A DNA stretch of 63,662 nucleotides, the filler included, from Asterionella formosa (Eukaryota), in NCBI GenBank assembly GCA_002256025.1. It is 11 parts of 11 records of this genome, joined end to end, with 100 filler letters (N's around TTAATTAATTAA, not from the genome) between each part and the next. Parts side by side here need not be neighbours in the genome. Positions count along the whole stretch, not along the records: positions 1 to 24,648 come from NKIB01002195.1; positions 24,749 to 49,358 come from NKIB01002199.1; 9 more parts are not named here. The stretch is one strand, 5' to 3'. A program made the translations under genes and the position numbers. The first letter of the stretch is position 1. The number at the start of each line of letters is the position of its first letter. The notes below the pieces were generated by a model that saw nothing but the letters and a program-made list of their open reading frames with translations, was not told the DNA's origin and did not search any database. Of this stretch, positions 12,141 through 24,865 are shown piece after piece.

Positions 12141-14802
12141 CACATATTTTGCCGGTATTATTTTTTTCCTTTATGGATAGCACTTGTTATTGTACCAGGT
12201 ACCACTGCTTCTTAATCGGCCAAATTTGCATCCGACAGTTTGCAAATTTTGGCGCGCCATCCTTCAGGTGAATATCGGTAAATAACCAGAAAAAAACAAT
12301 GAAGAATGTAGCGGTACGTACGTTGGTATACGAAGTTGAACAGGTTTGTTCTCGTACCTGGTACTGAGGTACAGAATGGAGGTACAATACCAGTACTGAG
12401 TTTACCTGCAAGGCACTTATGGTCATTTTGCTGAAATCGATAATGTGACACAGATACCTGATGCATGGATATTAATTACACTGGCTCATTGTTGTTTGTT
12501 GCTTTTTCATGATCCTCATGATCATTGTTCCTCTGCTGCTGTAGTTCAACAATTGTCCTTTCACATGCATGCACTCAAAATTGTTGGGCAACATCAAAGT
12601 AAATATTACATTTGGGAATTTAGCTAAAAGCCACTGGATACTGATGAGACCTTGGCAGAGGCAAGGCGAACTCTCATCAATAGTCCAAACAACTCCTTGG
12701 AGTAGGTTGATTGTTTGGTTTGCTGTTTTGCCATTCAAAACTTCAACTAACTATCTCCCTCTTTATGAATCTCCATTCTATGGCGGTGGTTGTGATTCCA
12801 TGGAGAGCGACTGCATGAGAGAGGGCTTCTGACCAATGGAACAGGATGAAGATGACGCAGCCATGATTTTATTGCACCCAAGAAACCAGAATGAGTTGGG
12901 CTTTTTCCAGGTGTCCAGATTTGGGAGGTGCTGCTGGAGGGTAGTGTTAGTACATCCGAAGAAATTTCTTGTTGGTACCTTCTGTGGGATCAAAAATGGA
13001 TTTTACATTAAACAAACTACCAATTGACCTATCCATCAGCCTTACAAGCTGACTAGAATGAGGGATGATATATAGATGCTCTATAAATATAGTGGCATTC
13101 CCATATATAGTGGCATTCCCATTCATCATTCCAATAGCCTCTACTTGACTAGCAACTGCTGTTGTTTGAATATTGGTCCATGTTACTTTAGTAATTTTAG
13201 TTATTCATATGGTGCAACCATCATTGATGATGGTGATCTGTGTTGCATGATGCATGATTGCTCTATCCGTCACCTGTGAGAGGGGCGCCCTAATACCGAT
13301 CAAGACATGGCAACTAATAAAATTATTGATCAGTTTACTACTAGCTATAGAAAAAGATTCACAACAATCTCCTTTAAGTATTCACACCTACTACACGTTT
13401 CTGTACCCGGCATCATAGCTACTGGCTGGAAGAAAAATTCTATTTATACATGTCAAGTGTTCCATGTGTAGTGAGCATCTTTTTAGTTTCAACTCCCTCA
13501 TGTCTGTCAGGCGAGATACTATGTTGGTTTTCAATTCCAAACTTAACAAGTAATATACCGTTACTATGCCGTTACATTGTTGTCATTCACTGATTTTAAC
13601 TCGTGATCTTTCCATCCAATTCATGTTCACCATCACCTAGCATACCAGTAGTGGTATTCAGCCTCTGGAAGATGGTTTGCTATACCGGGTCAGCAATCAG
13701 CAACTCTTATGTAATCGTAGTCAGAGCTTCTAGTAGTTATCAGCAATTTATATTCGTGATAATGAATATCACGTTGTGGTTCTAACTAGATGCGACTAGA
13801 AGGGAAATAGATTTTGGTGGTAAAAAGGAATTCTAATTTCATTGTTTACAGCTAAATTAATATCGTTTCGTCGCTGCGATCGAGAGAAAGTAAATGAGGG
13901 GTGATTGGAAATCGATTTCTTTCACTTTCCTGCCAATCCTTGTCATATTAAAAGTTAAAATAATTTAAGTATGGCGAGCTTAAGTCTGAAATGTGACCAG
14001 GATTGGATGAGAGATGAAGAAGTTGAAAATCGCGAACAAGTAACAATAACACATCTTTTTGGACTTTAAGATCTGGTATGTTTTGATGTAGAAACAGCAT
14101 GTGGAAGCAATTTCATCACGATGAAGCTACATATATAAACAAAGGATTGTCACCGTGATGATCCTGATTCAAGCGACAATTACTCTACTGCTAAATAGGA
14201 TGCTTTGCTCCGCTTTTCCGCAGTTGCTCTCCAAGAATTTGCTGAGTCTGACAGCCCACCATGCTTCACTGGAAAACGACTTATAAACAAAAAAAGAATA
14301 ATGAAGGTAATACAGAAGGAGAAGTTGGTATTGTTGTAGTAGGGTATCCCTTGCAAAGTCCACATGTTGAATGTGTCCTTGATCTGCTTTTAGATAGCAT
14401 ATGTAAAGTACCACACTTTGTCAATTAATACATTACATTGGACATTTGACATAGTCTAGCTTCTGTATACATCTAAGTGACCCTTTCATGTCAATATTTT
14501 CCAATTGAAGCTACGAGAGAGTGTGAAAATCTCCCACCATGACTTTCCATTCTATAACTGTTTGAGTTGAATTATTCTCTTCAAGACAAATATTGCCATC
14601 AGCCAGTTTCAAGCCTCCAAATGAATATTTTGCTGCTCACCAAACCAGTGAATGCTCAAACTTGCAGAAGATTGATCAGTTCTTCCACCAACATTGATAA
14701 AGGTCAATCTAACCACACAACATGTTCTGCATATAGTATTATTAATTTTGACAAATAGTAGTTTGAGAAATGGCAGATTTCCTTGCTTCACAGAATGAGC
14801 TA

Positions 14803-16241
14803 TTATGTGGATACTTTGTCATTGGCGTCAGTTTCCATGGTCTCTTCCATCTCATCATCATCGTCATCGCCAGCCTGTTCTTTCTCAGTTTTCATGATTT
14901 TCAACTCTTCCTCTTCTTCCTCATCTTTCTCTTCATCGTCAATATCACCTTCATGTGCTTCTTGACCTTCACCTTGTTCATCATTGTCCTTGCTGCTTTC
15001 AGAATCATGCTCGTCAACTGAACTGTTCTCTTCCTGCTCTGCATCATCATCGAGGGATGACTTTTCCACCCCTGTGCTACTGGTTGCAAAAATATCTTCA
15101 CCTGACAGCCCCAAATCAGGTAAGATCCATTTGACGTGACGTCCAGTTGTTCCTGTTCTCACAAACCCGGCCCTGGTCAAGGCCCTGCTCGTATTAGCTT
15201 GGTAACTCTTGAATTCCATTTTTGTCAGGATTTGGTCGACCTGATAGGGAAGTAATCATTGGTTGGGTTAACATTTCCCTACTTCAATGCGTCCTTAAAA
15301 AGCAATGCAACAAGGAAGCAGTGAGAACTTACCCAATTCTTGTACTTGTCAGTTAGCCTAATTCTATCCATGATTTCACTTCGGGACATGCCATTATTTT
15401 CCTTTGCTTTCTTTTGCAAAGTTTTTGACCTAGCCGCGTCCATCACGGCATGATACAAGACAGTAGACCCAATCATTTGTTGTCGGCGTTCCCAACTCTT
15501 CCCTTTGATGGCATCTGAAAACTCGACCATTAGCTCCTCAACTGGTTTTTCCTCTAAAGCTTTGGCCACTGCTCCAAGGCCCCCAGAATAAATTTTCTTA
15601 GTTTCAGCGCTTAGAGTGGGTGCAACAGAAGGGGCTTTTCGCTTTTTTGGATTTTGATCCGAAATTGACAAGTCCTTTTTTCCTGACACGACATCCGTAG
15701 GCAACAAAAAATACAAGTTATAAGCGTTCATGCGAATTCTCGATCCGCTTTCCAACAGAGCCACCTCCCCTGGATCTACACGTTGTTGGTTGACAAAGAT
15801 TCTATTCTTGCCAACACATTCAATCACAAAAAATCCTTCATTGGGAAGATCTCCTGTCGTGTCCTCTCTCAAGACAGCCTTGTTTGCAAGACCTTTCGAT
15901 CTTTTATCGGGTCTACGATATACGAGCTTTTCGGCATCCTCTGGATCCTCTACTAGCCTGCCACCGAAGCGATCTCGAAAGTAAATGATGGCTTGCTGTC
16001 GACTAAGCGCCTTTCGATTGCCGAGTCCGAAGAAATGGGGATCGTCAGAATCATGCGACCGCCCAATGGTGGCTGGAATTTTGGTCAGAGGAAGCGAGAT
16101 AATGTCGAAGGCATCATCACTGGTGGTAAAGACTCCCGCCAAGAGGCAAAACGCAGGCTTGTCGATATCGCCACCGACTACGAGGCCCTCCGCTTGTAAA
16201 CGTTCGGGGGAGGGCACAATTTCGTTTGCTTCAGTTGTCAT
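14803..16241 (-). CDS. FHA-domain nuclear protein with acidic C-terminal tail; exons 16241-15333 and 15240-14803
   Basis: FHA motifs TIGRS, LSRQQA and GKNRIFVN; basic NLS-like PKKRK; D/E-rich tail. Intron 15332-15241 (GTAAGT..CAG) joins the two ORFs. Confidence 0.8.
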
Positions 16242-17561
16242 TTCACCAACTTGTATTGCCTCCTATCGTTACTTGTTGTGTGGTACAGGCAGAATGAAGG
16301 GATGTGGAATGGTAGAGCAAAACAAAAGCAGGTGGAGAATATTCGTGCAGTCCTCAGCGATTGACTCTACGTGTGGAAGGATTTGAACACGTGCAGCTTT
16401 CTTAGTATGTATGAAGTCGCTGGTACCAGGTACCAGGTACCAGGGTGTACCAGTAAGCATACTCCGGAGGCCGGAGTACCAGGTACTAAGGGAGTTGCGG
16501 TAAAAGACGGTTTTTACTATGAGGAAAACACAGCTAAAATTCTCTTTTACCTCAACTTGCAAGTTGGTTGCTACCGGCATGCTCTACCCAATATATATCA
16601 CAGGAAAAGAAAATACCTTGTATTGCAATCCATAACAAGGTGAAAAAGTAATTGACCAAAGCAAGGTTGACCTTCTTGTATTGGATGGCTTGGTTGTTAG
16701 AGTTGCAAATCCATGTGCTCGCCAATACAAGGAAATAGGCCCTTTTTTCAATACAAGGTAATTTCCAAAAGGAGCCTCCAATACTAGGTATGGATAGTTT
16801 CCCCAAAATAGTATTTTTATAAACAAGGCGTACCTACCTGGCTTGTATTGGTTCAATATTTTGCATCCACCTTGTACTAGGCCTATTGGTATACCAATCA
16901 TATCATCAGTTCCAAGCCAATCTTGTTAACAGAGATACAAAAATCAAAAAAATGTTGCTCGATCCAATTTTTTGTATCTCACACATCCAGGTGATATGTT
17001 CCTTCCAGCAACACTTTTTTGTTGCTCCAAAATGTGTATCTGTGTGTATTGCTGCAGATACAGCGTTAAGCAACCCTAATTTTATAAATATAATTTATGT
17101 CATGTAATTAAATTAATCAACAAAGACACCATTTTTATCGTAATGGCAACAACGGAAAAGAATTTTGGGAGCAGGGATTGCTTCTCAGCAACAATTATTA
17201 TTATCAATAGCTACAAATGGAATAATGCTTTTCATCACTTGTAAAAGACTTCAGCAATGGCATCCTTTGAATCTTCAGACAATGAAACTAACTCTGCAGT
17301 AAGGAAACAGGATGACCAGTTGGTTGCAAGTATCACTCCTGCTGATTTTTTCATTGTCAACAAAGGGTCTTTGACGACAATAAAAGACATGTCCATTCAA
17401 CAGATGTACCTACAACGACTTTGTTGTATTTGCGTTCACATTAAAATCGCCGGAAACAGAAATAAAACAAAGATGATAACGATTACACTCACTAAGAATT
17501 GGTTAAAGACTTTTGATCTTCACGACATGATTGGGTACAACAAAAAGTCATCAAAAAAAGC

Positions 17562-17699
17562 AAAGAAGTATCTGAAAAGAAATGGCGCTCCCTTTACTCC
17601 TGAATCATCAACAAGGACATCTCCTCACCTAAAGAAGTATCTGAAAAGAAATGGCGCTCCCTTTACTCCTGAATCATCAACAAGGAAGTCTCCTCGCCC
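17562..17699 (+). repeat. 69-bp tandem duplication (KKYLKRNGAPFTPESSTR x2)
   Basis: Copies start at 17562 and 17631 and are near identical. Confidence 0.95.
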
Positions 17700-17752
17700 A
17701 CTACTATCAAAGCAACTTTCTACCACCAGAGAAGACATTGCCAATGACTCAA

Positions 17753-17956
17753 TGGAGGAATGGCTTAGTGGTTAGCACACCCACCATGGTGGCGGGTTCG
17801 ATTCCTGCATTCTCCACCAGCCGTTTTCATGTAGTCCATAGGGTTCCGGGGGGTGCGGCTGACTAGTAAAACTGGTACTAATTGTGACCATCTAGCTATT
17901 TGGTGGGCCCGAGTGCAATTATTGGATAGCTTTAATGTACTATAAAAAATTTCATT
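17753..17956 (+). mobile_element. tRNA-derived SINE-like retroposon (204 bp) with 19-bp target-site duplication
   Basis: A box TGGCTTAGTGG, B box GGTTCGATTCC, T stem GCGGG/CCTGC, acceptor-like ATTCTCC-A-CCA. GACATTGCCAATGACTCAA occurs at 17734-17752 and 17957-17975. Confidence 0.8.
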
Positions 17957-19486
17957 GACATTGCCAATGACTCAAGTACAGATTCCGAATTATCTCCTTC
18001 CCAGTTTTCTGCATTTTCATCTCCAGTTCCTGCTGATATTTTATTGGATGACGATTCTGAAAGATCCCACCAAATTATTAAGAAACAGGGACGACCTCCC
18101 AAGAATCAGAGGAAAAGAAATCATGCTGCAACTGCTCCCAAATATATTAAGAAGCATGGCACATACTATCGAGTAATTAATGTCTTCTTCGATGAGAAAC
18201 ATCGGCAAGATGTTTCGTGTCTTGGGAATACACCAACTATGTGTGAGTTGGACCCAGACGATGATACAGTTGGATCCATGGCATACATCAAACACACCCA
18301 GTTTGAATACCAGCATGATATTGATGATAACTATCCCCTCACTCTTGATTTGTTGGATAGCAAACAATTTTCAGAGGTTATGGAATTTCTAAATGATGCG
18401 CATTACAAGATCTGTTTCAATAATAACAAATTTTCTGGTCAACACGATAACTTTGACAATTTCACTCAAAACCGGCCTTATTGTTTGTACTATCCTTTAT
18501 GGCTTCAACACGTGCCACATTTCTGTGCCTACACAGTACCAAGTTTAAGTGATGGTGTTGCCTAGGACGCACAGTCTAATTCACGTTCCTGCAGAGGATC
18601 ATGTTGCCAAGCTACCTGTTCAACAAAGAAAATGTAGAAAATATGGCAGCAATCAGTTTGAAAACACATCAAAACAAGTGGTCAATGCGCTTATAGAACT
18701 TTCAAAAGCAAACAAGCGCTTTACACAAATGACACTTGCCTCTCAACGTTCCAATGCAGAATTTTCTCGAGCAACTTTTCTTGTAAAACGAGAGAAGGAA
18801 CTAATGGATGTTGTGATTTGACAACATTGCTAACTGTGATGGAAGGTCGAAGGAGTTCCAGTAGTTGATTGAAAGCTTCAAGAGACATGCAATATTCACA
18901 ATGAAAATCTATTCTCATGAAGAAGCTTTGTGATATGCTCATTCCAGTCAATTCATAATTCATTGATGCTCCCAATTTGGAATTCACACTGGCTTTGAGT
19001 TTCTTTCATAGGACTCCAAAATGATAGTGCAACTGCTGCAATTAACAAAAAGCTCTGTTGTTCCGCTTCTATATCAAGATTGTCAATGACAGCCCAACTG
19101 TCAGGTTCTTCTGGTCCATTTGTCATTGTCATTACAGTAATGATGATGGTCAGGCACGTTGAATAATTGAAGCACCCATTGCAAACAATATTTTTGCTGA
19201 GTCTGATACACATGTTTGCAGAGACGGCTACCGGTAGGCTAACTGTTTTGCCAGCCATTAAAGAGATATAGTTGTGAAATTTCATCTCTGTATTGATTCT
19301 TTTTTTTCTGAAGATACAACAAAAAATAGCTTGTATCTCTGTTAAGATTGGCCCTTTAAGGTATACCTTGTTTTGGACAATCCCTGAGAAGGTGAACCTT
19401 GATTTGGACCCAATTACTCATTTGCGAAACCCATTAATTACAGTATCAGGATAATCATTTTAAGGTTAATAGCAAACTATTTTTTT

Positions 19487-20524
19487 ATGTCTAATACTAC
19501 CGTTTATTCTTTTACAGCTGATCAAAAATGTTATTACCGAGATGCTTCAACTAATATGACGACGATGATGGACTGGAGCAACGTGTCACAATACATTGAA
19601 ATTGCAGCCCTCCTAGGCCTCCGAGCATTCCTAATCCTCGTAGGTAGCATTTCTGTCAAGCACAGTAAGCATCTCTTCGGACAGAGACTATCATGGACGC
19701 ATCGCTTGGCAGGCGGTTTGCAGTTGCTATGGATCCTTATTGGTGCGACCATGTGCTCGATAATTCCACCTCCGCACCCCTTTTGGATCATTTATGATTG
19801 CGTACTAGCACTCCTGGGAACTGGGGCCACGTTGACTGCAGCCACAGAATTTCCTCATAAATACGTGACTAATGCACCCGGACAATCAGGAACGCTGGCC
19901 CAACGGGCGCTTGTGACACAAGCTGAAATGGTGGAACATTCATTTTATCAAGGACTCAATCTCGTTCAAGCCATCTATTTGCACTTCATGGCTCATATAG
20001 GTGATTCTAGTACCAAAGTGGAACGATTCGCTGGACTATTCCTGGTGGCAGCTCCATGGTGGATCAGACAATCTCACTTTCCAGTTCAAAGCTTTAGCCA
20101 AAATTGGAAGCTAACTCCAAAGGCACAACAAACACCAAACGAAATTTTTCTATACCGAATCAAAAAATGGCAATACTTATTTTACAAACATTGCATATTC
20201 TTTGGGCTTAATATCTCAATGGCAGTCAAACCATTTGTCCTGGACTACTCATGGTGTGTCTTTTGGATCGCCCTGCACACGTCATATGTGATGGAGTTCT
20301 TCCTCCAGACCTTGGTCAAGCGTCACCTCCTCACACAAGCCAACATGTTAAGTCTTCAAAAGTTGCTTATGATCAGTTCTAGCCTTGCGGCCATTGTGGC
20401 AATAATAGGTAAAGTGCAGTGGAGCTTGTGCATAGCGTCATTGGTTCTAAACTTTGTGAATCGGAATTTTAATGTTGTCAATACCATGTTAATTGGAAGC
20501 ATAGCTCTCTTGTTAAATAATTAA
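19487..20524 (+). CDS. Uncharacterised polytopic membrane protein (true start may be a downstream Met)
   Basis: 345-aa open frame with many hydrophobic segments and polar motifs HRLAGG, QSGTL, EMVEHSFYQ, YVMEFFLQTL. Confidence 0.7.
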   Translation: MSNTTVYSFTADQKCYYRDASTNMTTMMDWSNVSQYIEIAALLGLRAFLILVGSISVKHSKHLFGQRLSWTHRLAGGLQLLWILIGATMCSIIPPPHPFWIIYDCVLALLGTGATLTAATEFPHKYVTNAPGQSGTLAQRALVTQAEMVEHSFYQGLNLVQAIYLHFMAHIGDSSTKVERFAGLFLVAAPWWIRQSHFPVQSFSQNWKLTPKAQQTPNEIFLYRIKKWQYLFYKHCIFFGLNISMAVKPFVLDYSWCVFWIALHTSYVMEFFLQTLVKRHLLTQANMLSLQKLLMISSSLAAIVAIIGKVQWSLCIASLVLNFVNRNFNVVNTMLIGSIALLLNN

Positions 20525-20902
20525 TCCATTTTTGCAACGGTGCAGGCAAATCCACGTTTCTTCATGTCAAACAATTTACAGTGTTGTCACAATATACATC
20601 TACTATACCTTGTACATGGTTGGATTATTCTTCAAAAGTTTATCGTCTTATATTTTGTTGCTATGATGAATATCTATGCTATGCATTACATTGAAGACTA
20701 GAAAATATCTATAGTGAAGTGATTCTATTTTGTTGAAAATGCTAATTTCCCGATCAAATTGACAATCGCTTACAGATGTGTTTTGAAAATCGGCATCATG
20801 ACTCATACTTATACGTAAGTGTTTAATGTAACAAAAATTGCGGTATATTTTGCTTGGTCCCAAGAAGCAAGTTGGTGCTTTTCCCAATGGGTTTGATGTT
20901 GC

Positions 20903-22503
20903 TTATCGACCGCGAAGGCCAAGAGCGTGTTCAGCTTGAAGTCTGGCAAGATCATCTGTACCAGAAAGGGAAGTAGCTCCAACCTGCCTTTGAAAGAGCT
21001 GAAGGTGTTGCAAATGTCGCAGTCTTTGAAGCTGGAACAACTGGTCTTGTTGTCCCCCTGTAGATCCACCTCCAGACATGCTACCTCCAAGGCCGCCATT
21101 TCCTCCAGAACCGGGGCTTAAACTGGAACCACGGTTTATGTTACCGCCAAGTCCATTGCTCCCGAGTCCGTTCCCACCGAACCCGTTACCGCTGAGTCCG
21201 TTGCCCCCAAGTCCGTTCTCACCAAGGGCATTGCTGCCAAGAGTGTTGTAGGAAACGACTCCAGATTGACCGTGCCCATATGAGGCGGCTCCAACACCAC
21301 CGAGGCCCGAATAGCCGTTGCCAGGGCCTCCCCCACCGAGACCATTAAATGAGCCAATTCCACCGCCATAACCACCACCACCCATGCCATTGCCGAATCC
21401 ATTACTTTGATTGTTCCCGAGTCCACTAACAAGCCCACTGTTCCCACCGAAACTGGAAACACCACCTCCGAGTCCTTGAATACCACCTCCAAGTCCTTGC
21501 ATACCACCTCCGAGTCCTTGCATTCCACCTCCGAGTCCTTGCATGCCACCTCCGAGTCCTTGCATGCCACCTCCGAGTCCTTGCATTCCGCCTCCGAGTC
21601 CTTGCATTCCGCCTCCGAGTCCTTGCATACCTCCTCCGAGTCCTTGCATGCTACCTCCGAGTTCTTGCATGCTACCCCCCAAACCTCCTATGCCCATCTC
21701 CTTCCCCGGAAGAACGGCCGATCCGCCCATACCAGCTGCCATATTTCCTTGCAAATTGCTGAGCTGATGATTGAATGAATGTGAGCTCGCATTCATGGGC
21801 AAACTACCAGGGCCACCAGTTGATCCCCCAGCGGTATTTCTTCGCAATGCAAGAACGCCAGGATTCAAGGCCTGACTGTCTTCGAGTTCAGGAAGGGGAT
21901 TGGTCTTGTCCAGCTTGTAAAAATCAGGCTCGTCTAGCTTCTTCATGGGAAGCTTCTTGTGTGTCTTTGGTAGACGTCGCATGTACTTCTGAAGATGAGG
22001 CTTGCCTCGTAGGAATAGCTGAGGTCGAAAGCGACGAAATCGGGTTAGGCACAATGGGGCGCATCAAGGGATGGTGTGTCCTTGAGCGTTTAAGGTTCAC
22101 TTACCTCATGATAGTACGAGCCTCGATCAGGTCCAGAGCTGATTCGACGGAAGCTCCAAGCATTGACAAGTCGATTGAAAGAATGATAATTGCTATATTC
22201 AAAAAAGAGCGGCATGACTAAGCTCTCGAAGAGATTGGGTTTCAGAACTTTCCACGATCGACCATGCGGCATCCAGGTGATGATATCACCAAACTCTTTC
22301 TGACCAAGGATGGAGTAGAGCTTGACAGGGAACTTCTGCACTCGAATAGATGATTCAAGACTTCGGTTTGATTGCGACGGAGAGGGATCACTGTCGGGGT
22401 CATCAGGGACATTCGCGAAATCTCGGTACTTGTACATCGTAGCATCTGCATCCTCCTGGAGCATAGGAGGAAGAGGAGGTTCGTCAGAGTCAGAGTCAGC
22501 CAT
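20903..22503 (-). CDS. Heat-shock-factor (HSF) family transcription factor; exons 22503-22105 and 22018-20903
   Basis: HSF DNA-binding domain KFPVKLYSIL..ITWMPHGRSW..SNYHSFNRLVNAWSF..YYHE/LFLRGKPHL. Intron 22104-22019. Gly-rich C-terminus. Confidence 0.92.
21462..21679 (-). repeat. Coding minisatellite, about 10 x 21 nt, encoding (GGGMQGL)n
   Basis: Unit CCACCTCCGAGTCCTTGCATG and variants repeated in tandem on the + strand. Confidence 0.95.
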
Positions 22504-24648
22504 GATTTATTGCGAGAGTGTCGGAGATGAACTAGTTTGTGACAGAAAAGGGTATGAGTACCGTCGCGTGAAGACTGCTGATTAAGATGTTGTCTGAAGT
22601 CCCAACGAACAGAATGGCGCTCGTTATTGTGTCCAAATTCCTACATATTCATCATCGCAGACAGCAGCTGAGAGAGGAGTCTCTTGCCTCCTATAAGATT
22701 ACTGACTATACAGAGTTTTGCCGTAGCACGCACACGAAAGTATGAATGAAGTCACTTCATTTTGTCACTTTTATAGTACAGCCCCCCGAGCGATAATTAA
22801 ATACCAGAATTTATTATAAAATAGAGGTTGGTTCGAACACGGACATTTTGAAGACTAAAAAAATTAGTATCTAAATACAAGAAGATAACGGAAAGATGCG
22901 ATATGAAAATGTCAAACATTCTCTCTATGTAGTCATTTCAAATATCCCGATTACCGGTACATCGCATTCGTATAAGTAAAATGGATTGCAATCACTAGTC
23001 GTTCAATGCTTCTTCAGAATGCAACTACAGTGTACACTGTGAAAATGTCAACTACCTGTATCTGTATTTGCATGGTTTGAATCCTTGTTTGCGGTTGCAG
23101 GTCTTGCTGCCGTGGCAAAGTCATTGTTGGCGATGCCGGCGACATGACCACAACATGAGAAGTTGCATTTGTCCATGTCATACGGTAAGTACCGGTACAA
23201 TTGTGCAAGCAAACAACGGAAGATTCTTCCTAAAAAACTGATACCTACAGACGTGCTCGTATGTACAGAACCTCAATTTTTACGTCGGTCCAAATGCCTC
23301 CTCCCGAAGCAAATTCACCAAACAAGAACACCCTCGGGCTTCTCCTTGCATGTACCGGCAAATTGTGTACACTAAACGGCAGTTATCTGGTTGTTTGGTC
23401 TAACTTTTTGTCCACCTGTCTTTTTATGTAGATTCTACTCCTCAATTCCTCTCATGTACCAACTCCTCAGGTAGCCGTATAAAAGAACAGGTTGTATAGA
23501 GCATACAGTTAAGTCCATACCGGTACATAGGTCGGTGATAATATATTCTTGTAATTACTGCAAAGCATTTTTTGGGAAAGAAAGTGGTACCGGTATACTG
23601 GGCCATCCGGAAAAACGTGCTTAAAACCGCTTAACGGCAATAACTTGGGGGGTTAAATTTCATTAGCTAACTATTCAGAACTGAGAGTATATATTGAGTG
23701 CACATCGTTCAAGGGCTGGCACGCTTCCGTGGAGGCTTGGCTTGTGCTCTTGATTCTTGCTGCTGAAGTTAAAAGTGAAAAAGCGTTTGGGTTAAGGTTG
23801 CTGCATTTGAAACCCCATGTAAGCATAAATTCAAATCATGCTCAGATCATGCTCAGGGTTGCCGAAATTCCCTGGAACTGGGAACATTTATGTACAAATT
23901 ATGACTACAAAGTATACTCTGTTTTCCAACCTACTTCTAAATGTTCTAAATCTAGTAGTAGTGATTAGTTTTCATTCCCATTTTCATTCATTTCAATAGA
24001 ATTACTACTTAAATACCCCACTTACGTTTATGATCAACACGTAACAAGCGCCCTTCTTCTATTTTGTGACAAATAAGCAATGCACTTAAAAATAATTTCC
24101 GAGTGAAGAAGACAAGAAAGCAGAGTAGGAGGGGAAATGCACAACAACAACAACCACAGCCACAGCCATATGTCGCATTCCAGAGGTGGTCGTCTTGTTT
24201 CTAAATTTGGAACTGGTGACATGGAGGAGGTCGAAATATAATTGGGGATGAAATCAGAATTGGTGGTCCTCGAAAATCCCATTCCCTCACCCCAAAAAAT
24301 TAAATCAACAATCTAACCAGACTCTCAACTGAGAAGGAATCATCTAACCAACCATCGTTTATTCCTAAAATTGCTGCAGGAAGATATAAATATATATTGC
24401 AAACAATCACTTTGTGACTTGGTAACTTAGCTACTTTATCGTCTGTAAATAAAAAATATCATGAATATAGGATCAAGGGTATCGTACGCTAAGTGGCACA
24501 GGATTTTCACATATATGATAGTTTTTCGATCAAAAATATGATCAATGTATCATATAATTATGATCATGCAGTAAACTTTTACCGAGCTTGAAGTATGATG
24601 AGACTATCATAGTTATAATACCATTGCATCATATAATTAGTTAAACAT

Positions 24649-24748
24649 NNNNNNNNNNNNNNNNNNNNNNNNNNNNNNNNNNNNNNNNNNNNTTAATTAA
24701 TTAANNNNNNNNNNNNNNNNNNNNNNNNNNNNNNNNNNNNNNNNNNNN
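24649..24748. other. Artificial scaffold linker (44 N + TTAATTAATTAA + 44 N); also at 49359, 50950, 52540, 54130, 55720, 57309, 58898, 60487, 62075
   Basis: Identical 100-nt structure each time. The 12-mer gives stop codons in all six frames. Confidence 0.97.
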
Positions 24749-24865
24749 CCTCGTTTTGGACCACCTATCATCACCCAAGCTGTTCGAATTTCCACAATTT
24801 CCATAAAGAATACCGTATTAACAATTCATTGAGTCGACGAGCCAAGCACTCTTGTACTGGCTGCA

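Larger units (their letters stand above)
16916..19354. mobile_element. Decayed PIF/Harbinger-like DNA transposon
   Basis: Inverted termini GCCAATCTT(GT)TAACAGAGATACAA (16916-16940) and TTGTATCTCTGTTAAGATTGGCCC (19331-19354). Minus-strand remnant FHCEYCMSLEAFNQLLELLRPSI resembles the Harbinger transposase N-terminus. A broken convergent plus-strand ORF lies at 17257-18821. Confidence 0.65.

Noticed and set aside
12430..13300. piggyBac-like transposase relic (WTIDES motif)
   Set aside because: Other motifs are not in the expected order and no TTAA-flanked TIRs were found. Too degraded to call.
14199..14310. Histone H3-like peptide (LRFSAVALQEFAES)
   Set aside because: Short resemblance only; the rest of the histone fold is absent.
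17753..17819. Functional tRNA gene
   Set aside because: The anticodon arm lacks a 7-nt loop, the acceptor stem is imperfect, and it lies inside a TSD-flanked insertion. Treated as a SINE head.
21136..21778. Alternative-frame repeat ORFs (CKDSEV, SESLH, PPPSPC)
   Set aside because: Shadows of the 21-nt coding repeat of the HSF gene.
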